Source: a virus
Taxonomy: Duplodnaviria; Caudoviricetes
IMG/VR virus record: IMGVR_UViG_3300028603_000005
Span: 27,662-91,661 of that record
Reading direction: 5' to 3' (one strand)
Length of the DNA: 64,000 bases
In this document: positions 37,997 through 47,513 of the stretch, piece by piece
Numbering within the stretch: the stretch's first letter is position 1
Layout: the number at the start of each line of letters is the position of its first letter
Position numbers and translations under genes: made by a program
Notes under the pieces: generated by a model
What the model saw: the letters and a program-made list of their open reading frames with translations, nothing else
Told to the model about the DNA's origin: nothing
The model's database searches: none

Positions 37997-38239
37997 TTAA
38001 CCTAACACGACTATTTTCTTTAAGTCTTTTTTATCATCTATCTGATAGATAACATCAGCATAGTCTGGAATATCTTCGTCTGGGAGAAATCCCCAAAACA
38101 GTGCGTGAAATCCGTTACCTTCATCATCATCTCCTATGAAGATGTGTTTATCTCCATTACCTTTACGAAGTTGTTCTGAGACTGCTGCGTATAGTTGATT
38201 TACTGTCATAGGTTTGTTTGGCCAATCTTTAAGTTTCAT
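37997..38239 (-). CDS. hypothetical protein
   Basis: DDEGNGFH motif common in small phage proteins. Confidence 0.7.
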   Translation of the reverse strand: MKLKDWPNKPMTVNQLYAAVSEQLRKGNGDKHIFIGDDDEGNGFHALFWGFLPDEDIPDYADVIYQIDDKKDLKKIVVLG

Positions 38240-38427
38240 CTGTATTTATCCTCTTCTCTTTCTTTATTCTTTCAGCAAATGATTTGTCATTATTCATATT
38301 GTTACCCTTTTGTCGCTATTATTATATACTATTAGGGACATAATTGCAAATGTTTTACCACTACTAACTTTAGTTTCACCGAGATTTGTGTATTCTCCAC
38401 TTAACATTTCTTGTGGGACTGTTTCTT

Positions 38428-38811
38428 TTAATTAGTTTCTTCTTGGTTGCTAACTTCTATTCCAATGTATCTATCTTCATAATAACCTAAACTATCAGTT
38501 ATATAATACTCTAAATAAACATTTTCTTTTGTGTTAAGGTGGTTCTCATAAGAGTAAGAAATACAATCTGAATGATTCCCCCTGTATAAGAACAATTCTA
38601 GGTCTTCCCAGTCACCAGCAATATCGTCATAATACTCTAAGTCTTTCCCATCAAGATTAAATTTCAATTCACAAAGATAATCTTTACCTTTAATAAAATC
38701 TGCTATCTTAACCCTTTTGATGATATGACCATTTAAGGTTGTTTCAATATAATTTATACTAAGTTTTCCCATCTTAAACTTCTCCTCCAAGTTGAAGTGT
38801 AATGTAATCAA
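38428..38811 (-). CDS. hypothetical protein (probable start at MGKLS)
   Basis: ORF. Confidence 0.6.
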   Translation of the reverse strand: MITLHFNLEEKFKMGKLSINYIETTLNGHIIKRVKIADFIKGKDYLCELKFNLDGKDLEYYDDIAGDWEDLELFLYRGNHSDCISYSYENHLNTKENVYLEYYITDSLGYYEDRYIGIEVSNQEETN

Positions 38812-39055
38812 TAACTGTAGTTACTAACATCAAGTTATTCATTTGAGTTGTTGTTAGTCTACCACTGTCAACTTTCTCATCTCTAAGTAAATCATAACCT
38901 TTAACTAAGTTATTTCTAAGTTCTTTCAAATCTTCCACAGTAGGCTCAACTAATCTATTTATTTGAATTAAGCAATCTTCCCAAGAAAGATTAGCACTCG
39001 TTGTTAGTTCTTTTTGAACTTTGTCTAGTTCATACTTTTTAATTTTATCTTCCAT
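38774..39055 (-). CDS. hypothetical protein
   Basis: ORF. Confidence 0.6.
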   Translation of the reverse strand: MEDKIKKYELDKVQKELTTSANLSWEDCLIQINRLVEPTVEDLKELRNNLVKGYDLLRDEKVDSGRLTTTQMNNLMLVTTVIDYITLQLGGEV

Positions 39056-39056
39056 G

Positions 39057-39449
39057 TTATACTACCTCCCACATTCCATAGACTACTCTGTCTGTGCTAT
39101 CCCAGATATCTTGGTACACACCATCTACTACTGTAACTATATGCCTTGCTACTTTCAATATATAAGTTCCTTCTGGATATAACTTTACAAAGTCTGTTCC
39201 ACGCATTCTTGGTTGTCCTGCTACTGATTGAAAAGGTGTCCATTCATAACCTAATTCTTTAAAGTATTTTTTTAATACTTCTGTGTACTTATAGCCTTTA
39301 CCTTTAATTTTTCTATTGAACCTTTGTAGTTCCAACCTTTGCTCTAAGTAGTCTGTATCTCTTGCTATTGTTATAGCTCTTACAACACAGTCTCCTGTAG
39401 CCAATCCTTTAGGGTGGGGGTTATTATAGTTCCAAATTCTGTGTTTCAT
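39057..39449 (-). CDS. conserved phage protein with a Cys-His-Asp pattern (papain-like fold, tentative)
   Basis: GDCVVRAI...RH.VTVVDG..QD.WDS; first gene after a sigma70 promoter. Confidence 0.6.
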   Translation of the reverse strand: MKHRIWNYNNPHPKGLATGDCVVRAITIARDTDYLEQRLELQRFNRKIKGKGYKYTEVLKKYFKELGYEWTPFQSVAGQPRMRGTDFVKLYPEGTYILKVARHIVTVVDGVYQDIWDSTDRVVYGMWEVV

Positions 39450-39478
39450 AAGTTGCCTCCTCTGCTACTTCTGTACAT

Positions 39479-39507
39479 AGTATATCATCAAAGAAAACTA
39501 ATGTCAA
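39479..39507 (-). promoter_or_regulatory. sigma70-type promoter TTGACA-17-TATACT
   Basis: Consensus; spacer shares TTTTCTTTGATG with two other early promoters. Confidence 0.85.
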
Positions 39508-39516
39508 CACTTTTTG

Positions 39517-40209
39517 TTAAATGTTTTTTAATTGTGTCAAATAATATAATTTTAAGATTTCAATTTCATCTTTTAATAAGGAGTTCTTATTCTTTTTATA
39601 CTCAATCAGTTTATCTAAAATATCTCCTGTATCTTTAATTGAAGGATACTGTTCTAAAGTCTTAATTGTAACTCCATGAGCTTTGAAGTGTTTAGCAATA
39701 TGTTTAATTGATTCTTGACCAGCAGTATCATTATCAGCTAACAAGTAAATATTATTAGTAATTGCTGATACTAATTCATATAAGTACTTAGGCAAACCTG
39801 TGGAATTCATCACAATAATGTTTAAATCGCTTTTAAGGAGTTTTAGTGCTCCCATATCAGCAATACCTTCAACAAGTATTAAAGGCTTCCCATACTGCAT
39901 ATTTTGAAGATTGCCAAAATTGAAGGGCATATCTCTCAGACCTAACTTTAAAGGTGTTTCTTTCTCTACTAAAGGTCTTACAAAGATATCGGTAATAGTA
40001 TCACCTACTCTATTAGGAAAGAGTAAGACACGCTTAAATCTACCTACATAACTATTTAGTCTAGTGTCTGTGCCAGACAAGATATCATTAACATCTAAAT
40101 ACTTAGCTTCTACTATTTTATTAAATGCTAAAAAAGAGTACTTGTTAGTTAATTCTAAAGTACTCGGAATTTCTTTAGCCTTTGAATAAAGTTTTTCTAA
40201 TTCATTCAT
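39517..40209 (-). CDS. DnaG-like primase TOPRIM subunit (no zinc finger)
   Basis: LVEGIAD, LADNDTAG, KDTGD. Confidence 0.8.
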   Translation of the reverse strand: MNELEKLYSKAKEIPSTLELTNKYSFLAFNKIVEAKYLDVNDILSGTDTRLNSYVGRFKRVLLFPNRVGDTITDIFVRPLVEKETPLKLGLRDMPFNFGNLQNMQYGKPLILVEGIADMGALKLLKSDLNIIVMNSTGLPKYLYELVSAITNNIYLLADNDTAGQESIKHIAKHFKAHGVTIKTLEQYPSIKDTGDILDKLIEYKKNKNSLLKDEIEILKLYYLTQLKNI

Positions 40210-41122
40210 TAGTTATCAATCCTTCTTTTTTGAAGTAGTCTTTAATAAGTTTAAGACTTTCTTTAGTTACTGTTGAAGGTAGACTTTCAATTAAAGTAAT
40301 TAAGTCTGTCGCTTTAGTTTTATAGAAGTCTTCAGTAAAGATATTATCATAACCTAACTTATAGAGATTGGTTGTAGTTTCTAAGAAGGACTCGTGTCTA
40401 AATACTTCTTCTGCTGGTAAGACATTAGGAAGTTTTATTTCTGCTAATGTTCTTTCTACAGTATCTACTAAATAAACTATGATATCCCTATTTAAGTTAT
40501 AATTATCTTTAGTTCTTCTCGTTAAGCTTCCTGGCCTTAAAACTATTGTCTTTTTATTATGTGCTTTAGGCTTATAATAATTATGGTCGTGTCCAAAGAC
40601 TGCCATATCAAATTGTTCTAATTTAGTTAAAGGAATTGATTCATTTGGAATAGTATTATCAGTTGCATAGTGCAGACTTATAATTGAGTAATTTTCAGAC
40701 TTTACTTTAATCTTATCTACTAAGTCTGCCTTAGTAAAATCTATTCCGTATAAAGAAGTTCCTTCAAAATGTTCTTCTACTAAGTGTTTAACTAAACCTG
40801 ATTTGAATAGTAAACTTAGTGGTGTGTTTTGAGAAAGTTCAATGTTGTTATGTTTTAAGTCATGGTTACCGATTAAAGACCACACTGTAATGTTTGCTTC
40901 TTTATATTTAGTAAAGGTATTGATTACTTCGTGCATATAGATTAATGATTGGTCTAACTTATCAAACATATCACCTAACATAATAACATCACTTACTTCT
41001 TTTTCTAAAGCTACTCTAAGTATACTATTTAATTTTTGAATTGTCAACTCTCTATAATTATCTATTCTAGAAAGTGGAGTCATTGTATCTAAGTGTGGGT
41101 CTCCAACAAAGAGTAATTTCAT
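40202..41122 (-). CDS. SbcD/Mre11-like nuclease
   Basis: GDPH, GDMFD, GNHD, GHDH, PGSL.R. Confidence 0.9.
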   Translation of the reverse strand: MKLLFVGDPHLDTMTPLSRIDNYRELTIQKLNSILRVALEKEVSDVIMLGDMFDKLDQSLIYMHEVINTFTKYKEANITVWSLIGNHDLKHNNIELSQNTPLSLLFKSGLVKHLVEEHFEGTSLYGIDFTKADLVDKIKVKSENYSIISLHYATDNTIPNESIPLTKLEQFDMAVFGHDHNYYKPKAHNKKTIVLRPGSLTRRTKDNYNLNRDIIVYLVDTVERTLAEIKLPNVLPAEEVFRHESFLETTTNLYKLGYDNIFTEDFYKTKATDLITLIESLPSTVTKESLKLIKDYFKKEGLITNE

Positions 41123-42543
41123 TAATATTCTAACTCCTTTCCACTTGATAATCTACCTGTAGAAGTTATTCCTAATCTATAGTTAATTCTAATTCTATCA
41201 TTCTCATCATCTACTTGTTCTAAAAGTCTACCAAAGAATGTATTACTTAGTTTCTCTAACTTAGAACGCTCATCAAATAATTCTAACCATTTAGGGTATT
41301 CTTTTCCTTCAGCTTTAAGTCTATCTATCATATCTAAGATATCTTGAACTCCAGTTTTCATAGCACCTTTATCTGTTCGCTTTCCAGTGTCGAGGTTAAA
41401 ACTTCTAAATAATTGTTCACGTTGTGCAGACGAGTTTAAATTAACTTCACCTATTTGTTCATAGATTGAGGTATTAAGATACTCTAACCTACCTACAATC
41501 TTTTTATATTCAGCTTCTAAGAAGTCTTTATCAATCTTCATAGAATGGTTTTCTAATCTCATTAAGATAAACATTAGTTGAACATCGATTTGTCCAGCAA
41601 TACCAAATTCTTTGTAATATTTATACGTTGCTTCACCTAACTCAAAGGTTGATATAGCATCTTGGGAAGCATAAAACAAACCCAACTTTGGGTTGATTAG
41701 TGAGAAGTCAAAAGTATTGATACCTGAACCTTTAAGAACATCTTTTAAGTCATCTCTAAAGTAACCTAAGAAATGTTTCTCTAAAGACTTTAAATCATGT
41801 CTCCTATACTCTGGGTCAGCAAAGTATGCAGTAAGTTGTGTATCAATAACTTTAATACCTTCTAAGTTGTAATCAAATTCAGTATCTTTACTATACTCTA
41901 ACATTCTCATATCAAAACGAGCATTGAACATATAAACTATCTCTGCTTTCATTAAAGCTTCATATATAATCCTTAGTGCTGGATATCCTAAATTATATTC
42001 TGAAAACTCTTCTGAGTGTCTAATAGGAATATAATATCCTTCTTTATCTTTAGTAGAAATAGACACTCCTACGATATAGTCAGTTTCTGGATTAAGTCCT
42101 GTAGTTTCTGTATCAAAAGCTATCTTAGTTTTATCTTTTAAGATTGTCTTTAATTGGTCTAAATTTTCTACTAAATTAAAACTATAATCAGATTTAAAAT
42201 CTCCTATATGATAATCTTTAACGCTAACATAATTCTTTTCCTTTTTACGACCTTCTCCAACCTCTTCATATAACTTTACTCTAACGTGGAAGTAATAATT
42301 CTTTAAATCGCCTTTAAGTGGGCTAAACTTATTTAAGTATTTATAATAATCAAAGGCTCTAAGTACTTCTTTAGTAATATCTTTACGGATTGTTTCTAAA
42401 GTAGTTCCTTTAGTTAAATATTCTAAGTCTATATCAGGGACTTCTTTTAGCTCATGTTCTTCTATTACTCTCATAACATAAGTAAAAGGGAAGTATTCTC
42501 TTTTAGGATGAGCTGGTACCCAATGTCTATGGTATCTACTCAC
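41122..42543 (-). CDS. family A DNA polymerase, N-terminal subunit (3'-5' exonuclease plus thumb)
   Basis: ExoI FDTETTGL, ExoII FNARFD, ExoIII YASQD, NLNS..Q; ends TGRLSSGKELEY*. Confidence 0.9.
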   Translation of the reverse strand: MSRYHRHWVPAHPKREYFPFTYVMRVIEEHELKEVPDIDLEYLTKGTTLETIRKDITKEVLRAFDYYKYLNKFSPLKGDLKNYYFHVRVKLYEEVGEGRKKEKNYVSVKDYHIGDFKSDYSFNLVENLDQLKTILKDKTKIAFDTETTGLNPETDYIVGVSISTKDKEGYYIPIRHSEEFSEYNLGYPALRIIYEALMKAEIVYMFNARFDMRMLEYSKDTEFDYNLEGIKVIDTQLTAYFADPEYRRHDLKSLEKHFLGYFRDDLKDVLKGSGINTFDFSLINPKLGLFYASQDAISTFELGEATYKYYKEFGIAGQIDVQLMFILMRLENHSMKIDKDFLEAEYKKIVGRLEYLNTSIYEQIGEVNLNSSAQREQLFRSFNLDTGKRTDKGAMKTGVQDILDMIDRLKAEGKEYPKWLELFDERSKLEKLSNTFFGRLLEQVDDENDRIRINYRLGITSTGRLSSGKELEY

Positions 42544-42907
42544 TGTCTATCACCTTAACTTTTTGTTCTGCTAATAGTTGGATTTCTTTAGTTGGTTTAA
42601 ATCTAATCGCAGGTCTTTTAATATTGTTTTGTCTAGTTGATACTGCTTTGAGTTCAAACCTACCTAACTCTCTAATTGTCATTACTTGTGTAGGGTGTTG
42701 CTTATTAGTTAAATGAACTCCTTTACCTTGATATTCTATTTCAGGATTCTTTTCTATAATCATTTTAAAAGGTAGTTTAAATAACTCCTTAATAATTTCC
42801 CAAGTGCGTTCTTCATCTGTTCTAATACCTACTCTAAAAAAGAGTTGATTAGCTCTCTTAATTAACTCTAAAGTATCTTCATCTATTTTTTGTAATTTAT
42901 CTAACAT
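42536..42907 (-). CDS. HU/IHF-like DNA-binding protein
   Basis: IRELGRFELK...IRFKPTKEI resembles the HU beta-arm. Confidence 0.6.
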   Translation of the reverse strand: MLDKLQKIDEDTLELIKRANQLFFRVGIRTDEERTWEIIKELFKLPFKMIIEKNPEIEYQGKGVHLTNKQHPTQVMTIRELGRFELKAVSTRQNNIKRPAIRFKPTKEIQLLAEQKVKVIDSE

Positions 42908-42926
42908 AGTAAAAACCTCCTATATA

Positions 42927-42954
42927 CTATAGTGTTAAAAGTCCATAATTATAT
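42927..42954 (-). promoter_or_regulatory. phage promoter motif ATATAAT-N12-ACACTATAG (head of the polymerase operon)
   Basis: One mismatch to consensus, same spacer. Confidence 0.75.
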
Positions 42955-42956
42955 AA

Positions 42957-42986
42957 AGAAAAAAGAAGGACTACACGAGTCCTTCT
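42957..42986 (-). terminator. rho-independent terminator after the sigma-like gene
   Basis: 9-bp stem AGAAGGACT/AGTCCTTCT followed by a U tract on the minus strand. Confidence 0.65.
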
Positions 42987-43720
42987 AGATTACTTATATA
43001 CGTTCTTAAACTGATTAACTCGTGTTGATTTAACTGCATTGTTTTTTCTTTTAGTTTTTCTACTACTTTTGTAAGTTTAGTAGCTATGTATTGAGCTTTA
43101 GAATCCCAACCATAATACTTAACATCTTTATCTTCAGCAAACATCATTGATATTTCTTTGCGATTGTCTTTAAAGAGTAGTAGTGTGCCTAATAATCTAT
43201 CACTAGGTTTCTTTACTGCTTTGAACTCTGGAATATATGTAGAGTAATCTTTAATCGTATGATAAGGTGTATCATCTAATTGTGAGATTAGTTTGTTAAA
43301 GATATTCTTTCCTTCATCCCAGTCAGTGTTTAAATTAAAGAGATTGTCTGCGTGTGGTGTTTCATCAGCTAATAATGTAGATTTATCATCTTCAAACCCA
43401 TCATAGTCTTCATTATAAGGTTGGTTAAATAAATAGTTCATAGGCACTTCTGTTATAGCATACTTATTATTTACTTCTTGTAAGTTCTTAGAGAACCAAT
43501 TTTTAATACTCATATAGATATAACCTTTAACTTTATTTGTTGGCATAGTATTAAAAGTACCTTCATTAAACTTCTTGACTACAAACATCGCTGCTTCTTG
43601 AACGAAGTCTCCTTTATCTATTACACGCCTGAACCAAGTTCTGTCATAATAAAAGTTTCCTGCTATCTTATACGCAAACTCAACTAACTCTTCTAAACTG
43701 TGTTCATAACTAATTTCCAA
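42971..43720 (-). CDS. putative phage sigma-factor-like protein (early)
   Basis: A.KIA..F......DKGDFVQEA.......KGYIY.SIKN resembles sigma70 region 2; monocistronic, with its own sigma70 promoter and terminator. Confidence 0.6.
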   Translation of the reverse strand: MEISYEHSLEELVEFAYKIAGNFYYDRTWFRRVIDKGDFVQEAAMFVVKKFNEGTFNTMPTNKVKGYIYMSIKNWFSKNLQEVNNKYAITEVPMNYLFNQPYNEDYDGFEDDKSTLLADETPHADNLFNLNTDWDEGKNIFNKLISQLDDTPYHTIKDYSTYIPEFKAVKKPSDRLLGTLLLFKDNRKEISMMFAEDKDVKYYGWDSKAQYIATKLTKVVEKLKEKTMQLNQHELISLRTYISNLEGLV

Positions 43721-43751
43721 AATAACTGCCTCCTATATTTGATTTTACTCA

Positions 43752-43780
43752 ATTATAACACACTATTTTAAAGATGTCAA
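43752..43780 (-). promoter_or_regulatory. sigma70-type promoter TTGACA-17-TATAAT (extended TG)
   Basis: Perfect consensus. Confidence 0.9.
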
Positions 43781-43789
43781 CACCCTGAA

Positions 43790-44848
43790 TTATTTTTTAA
43801 TATATACTAATTTGTTTTCTTTTAAGAAGCAGACATTCTTTCTAGAGTTTTCTCTAATTGAGCTTCTATTTAAAGTGATAATATCTTCTTCTAAGGGTAC
43901 GATTACTTTTCGCTTGTTATTACTTGGAAGTAATTTATAAGCTTCATTAATTACATTCCAATAGTTATTACCAGCATCTTCAGCTAAGACAAAGTATCTT
44001 CTGCCTTGTTTACTAAAACTATCTATTAATTGAATACCGTGAAAATCTTTAACTGATTCTCCGAAGTTTGAAATAATAAACTTAGGTATTTTAGGATTAT
44101 AGTCTAAGGTTTCATAAATGTTTTTGTTGTTTACTTCTACTAGTAAGACATTACTAATAAATTTAAACTTAACATTGTCTCTAATGATAGTTGGCTTTTT
44201 AGTAATTGTATCACGAATAAACTTCTCTAAGTATTTTGTTTGTTTCTTAAACTTTTTGAAAGCTTCTTTATTTACTCCAAGTTCTGGAATATCTGCAATA
44301 TCATCTACACCTAAGTCTAAGCCTGAAGTGTCTTCTATTTCTGGAAAGTCTAAGTCATCAAGTTCTGAATCTTTTGCTTCAGGTTTACCTTGTTCAGTTT
44401 TTTCTTTCGCAAGTTCTCCACTTACTTCAAAAGCAGATTGACTATTACCTGCATATAAATATGTTCTTTTAATTAGTTTTTGTAGTTCTAAATCTTTACT
44501 ATCAAAACCATAAATCTCTGAATAAAGTGAGAAGTTTCTATTTATTGTGTCTAAGTTTTCTAAGTTATCTAAAATCTCTTTATAGGCTTCTACAATATCT
44601 TGAGGCATAGTTAAGACTATTTTATCTGCTTGTCTTAATAGAACTACTTTTACATTTACTTCTGCACCAATAGCTACTGGCATTAGTTTGTAAGATACTT
44701 CTACCCCTAAATTATTATAAGTAGATTCATAATCTTCTTCAAAACCAATGGCTTCAACTATGTTATAAAATTGTTTGGTGTTTACTAAATCAATATCAGA
44801 AAGGATTTTAATTAGTTGTGCTACTGAATCTATTCTTAATTGTTCCAT
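43790..44848 (-). CDS. hypothetical protein, probable virion protein
   Basis: 352-aa ORF with an acidic linker. Confidence 0.7.
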   Translation of the reverse strand: MEQLRIDSVAQLIKILSDIDLVNTKQFYNIVEAIGFEEDYESTYNNLGVEVSYKLMPVAIGAEVNVKVVLLRQADKIVLTMPQDIVEAYKEILDNLENLDTINRNFSLYSEIYGFDSKDLELQKLIKRTYLYAGNSQSAFEVSGELAKEKTEQGKPEAKDSELDDLDFPEIEDTSGLDLGVDDIADIPELGVNKEAFKKFKKQTKYLEKFIRDTITKKPTIIRDNVKFKFISNVLLVEVNNKNIYETLDYNPKIPKFIISNFGESVKDFHGIQLIDSFSKQGRRYFVLAEDAGNNYWNVINEAYKLLPSNNKRKVIVPLEEDIITLNRSSIRENSRKNVCFLKENKLVYIKK

Positions 44849-47121
44849 TAGTTGCCTCCTTCTGCCAATTCTTCTGGTTGTGGCTCTTGGGCTACAACAG
44901 GCTCTTCTACTTGTTCTTCTGGTTGTGGTGTTGGTTGAGCAACTACAGGCTCTTCACTAACATTACTTAATAGTGGAGCATTGGGCTCTACTACTTCTCC
45001 AGACTGAACTATTCTATTTTTAAGGTTTTCTTTCCATTGGTGAGTTCCTACTTCAATGGCACTCTTTAACCACTCAGCGTTGTCTGTTACTATTTCAAGA
45101 TTAGCTAATGAATCATCAAAGATTCTATTTCCTATTGTTCCACTTTCTCTAATTATTCTACCTACTGGTAAGATAACTCTATTTAATCCAATAATACCTC
45201 TAAAGGCATTGTCCTCTATTGTTCTAATACCCATACCTAAAAAGATTTGTTTTAGTTCTCTAGTTTGTTTAAAAGCATCCTCGCCAATAGTATGTACTGC
45301 ACCATTTCTTGGTAATTCTATTTTTTCAAGAGCACTATTTTCAAAAGCTCCTTTAGGGATTACTGTTAGGTTCTTACATGCTTTAAAGTCTACTTCTTGA
45401 ACATTTGACCCTCTAAACCCATATTCTGGAATTGCTACAAAAGATTCTGGGAAGACAAGTTTTTTAGGTAAGCGTCTACTAGCTACTTCTGGAAGAATAG
45501 TAGTAACTCCGAAAGGAATATTAAACACTTCTCTGCGTTCCTCACTCATTGCTCCTAAGGTAACGTTTGTAAGAATTGAATCTTCTATGTTATAACCAGA
45601 GTCTTGAGAATATAAAGGCCTACTGATTGCATATGAGTTATCATTAAGGTCACTCTTAGATAAATCATTTCTAAACTTAAAGCTATCATCTCTAAAATTA
45701 GTTAGTCTTGTATATACTTCTGGGAAGTATCTTAAGCGTTTAGGTGCTACAAATTTTCTAGGTGTTCCTTGCCCATCATAAACTGGGACACCTAGTGTAA
45801 GTGATGCTATATTATCAAATGCTCTAAGTGCAACTACTTCTAAGGCATTAGTGACAACTACTGTCCTTAAGTTTCTTACATTCCTAAAGGCACCTTCTTT
45901 AATCATAGTTGTTGTTGAAGGTAAGTAAACAGTAGATACTCTTGATAATGAGTTAAATGCTCCAGGTTCAATAGATATTACTCCTTCAGGGACTCTAACA
46001 GTTTCTACATTCTCTGACCACTTAACTAATTTACCCTTAATGATTTCAACAGATTTAAGAATTTCTCCTGTGTAAGAGTAAGTAGGTCTTGGGGATAGTA
46101 ATATACCTGATATTTCATTAAAAGTTGAACCACTCCCTGGACTATTTTTAAAGCTATGATATCCATAATTACGGGCACCTTCTGGACTATTTCCTGTAGT
46201 ATCTAATAAGTAGTTTTCAGCGACTGTTTTATATATTGTGTCATAATCTCTTGTAGGACCGTGCTTTAAAAAGCTGTCTAACCAATCAAAACCTTCATCT
46301 GTAGCAACATATTCCTTAAAATCGTTTAATGAATACCTTCTGTTGACTGAAGGATAGATTAAGTGAATCATTTCTAATAAAGGTTTTTTTGAGAATGTTA
46401 CAAACCAAGTATCTGAATTTAGGTGTGTTTGTGAATATGCAAAGTCTCTATTAGAGAAAGTACACCACGAAGGTACTAAAGAACCACTACCAATTTTTGT
46501 AAGTTCATCTTTAGCCCTTTCACTAAGTTTTTCATATACAGGGTCATTAGCATAATAAACTTGGTAGAAATTTCGTAAGTTATAAACTGTTCCTTTTCCT
46601 TGTGATGTATAAGTAACATAATTACCATCTTCTGCAAAAGGGGTATCAAAAGGAGATTCTAAACTACTAATCTCTTGAGATATTACTTGTTCCATCTCTT
46701 CTTCTGGAGCGTCTTTACTAATAAGTTTTGAACTACCGTTTAATGTATTAAAATCAATATCATACTTATCATATAACTCATCTGTTAATATAACATGATT
46801 AATAAACTCTACAAATATTCTAGGGTTGTTTGCAAAGAATCCTGAAGCTGAGCCTGACTTAAATAAATTATAGTATTTTCTATTACTTTTAATTTTTTCA
46901 GGAAGGTTTTCTAGGTCTATCATTTTATAGACATCCACTAAAAATTTAGCACTTGCTTCTGGTAGTCCTATATCTACATTTCTTTCTTTAAGGTTGACAT
47001 CATCTGTAGCTATTAAGTTATCATAAAGTTTTTCTAACGGAGCTAAAAAGGCTCTTCTTCTTCCTTCAGGAGTGTTTGTATCTATTTTATTTTCTAAGAT
47101 AATTAATCTATTCTTATACAT
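44848..47121 (-). CDS. BspA-type leucine-rich-repeat protein
   Basis: Repeats such as VPEGVISIEPGAF, LPSTTTMIKEGAF, IPKGAFE, IGEDAF, IEDNAF in the C-terminal half; Pro/Glu-rich tail. Confidence 0.85.
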   Translation of the reverse strand: MYKNRLIILENKIDTNTPEGRRRAFLAPLEKLYDNLIATDDVNLKERNVDIGLPEASAKFLVDVYKMIDLENLPEKIKSNRKYYNLFKSGSASGFFANNPRIFVEFINHVILTDELYDKYDIDFNTLNGSSKLISKDAPEEEMEQVISQEISSLESPFDTPFAEDGNYVTYTSQGKGTVYNLRNFYQVYYANDPVYEKLSERAKDELTKIGSGSLVPSWCTFSNRDFAYSQTHLNSDTWFVTFSKKPLLEMIHLIYPSVNRRYSLNDFKEYVATDEGFDWLDSFLKHGPTRDYDTIYKTVAENYLLDTTGNSPEGARNYGYHSFKNSPGSGSTFNEISGILLSPRPTYSYTGEILKSVEIIKGKLVKWSENVETVRVPEGVISIEPGAFNSLSRVSTVYLPSTTTMIKEGAFRNVRNLRTVVVTNALEVVALRAFDNIASLTLGVPVYDGQGTPRKFVAPKRLRYFPEVYTRLTNFRDDSFKFRNDLSKSDLNDNSYAISRPLYSQDSGYNIEDSILTNVTLGAMSEERREVFNIPFGVTTILPEVASRRLPKKLVFPESFVAIPEYGFRGSNVQEVDFKACKNLTVIPKGAFENSALEKIELPRNGAVHTIGEDAFKQTRELKQIFLGMGIRTIEDNAFRGIIGLNRVILPVGRIIRESGTIGNRIFDDSLANLEIVTDNAEWLKSAIEVGTHQWKENLKNRIVQSGEVVEPNAPLLSNVSEEPVVAQPTPQPEEQVEEPVVAQEPQPEELAEGGN

Positions 47122-47513
47122 TAAATACCAAACCTCGCTTTCTGAATTTGAACTAAGTTTACAACTTCTTTAACTGTTTCAGAACTAACTTCTTTATTTT
47201 CTAAAAACTTGACTTCATCTCTAGTAAGTAAAAGTCTTTGAACTCTCCCACCTATGTTTCTAACTAAGGCATAAGTATCATTCCTATTCTCAATCTGAAA
47301 AGATATAATACCTGTAGTATACTTAGGATACTTAATAACTTTTCTTGGATTAAACACAGCTTCGTGAATGTGCTTACCTAAATTACCGTAAAGTTTTATT
47401 GTGCCATCTTCTTGAACAATTTCTGTTCTACCTAATCCAAACTCACTCTGTAATTTTAATAAGGTGTCTAATCTTTTTTCTGTTAGTTTTTTCTTTCTAG
47501 CCATTGTTTTCAC
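47121..47513 (-). CDS. hypothetical protein
   Basis: Coupled ORF. Confidence 0.65.
   Translation of the reverse strand: MKTMARKKKLTEKRLDTLLKLQSEFGLGRTEIVQEDGTIKLYGNLGKHIHEAVFNPRKVIKYPKYTTGIISFQIENRNDTYALVRNIGGRVQRLLLTRDEVKFLENKEVSSETVKEVVNLVQIQKARFGI

Noticed and set aside
36293-41145. Ribosomal hopping (GGA to GGA) or RNA-bridged joining of the two polA halves; 6-7 nt complementarity of array loops to AAGGAGT(T)AGA at both junctions
   Set aside because: The shared words are Shine-Dalgarno sites of the downstream genes, the gap is 4.8 kb, and 6-7 nt matches are expected by chance.
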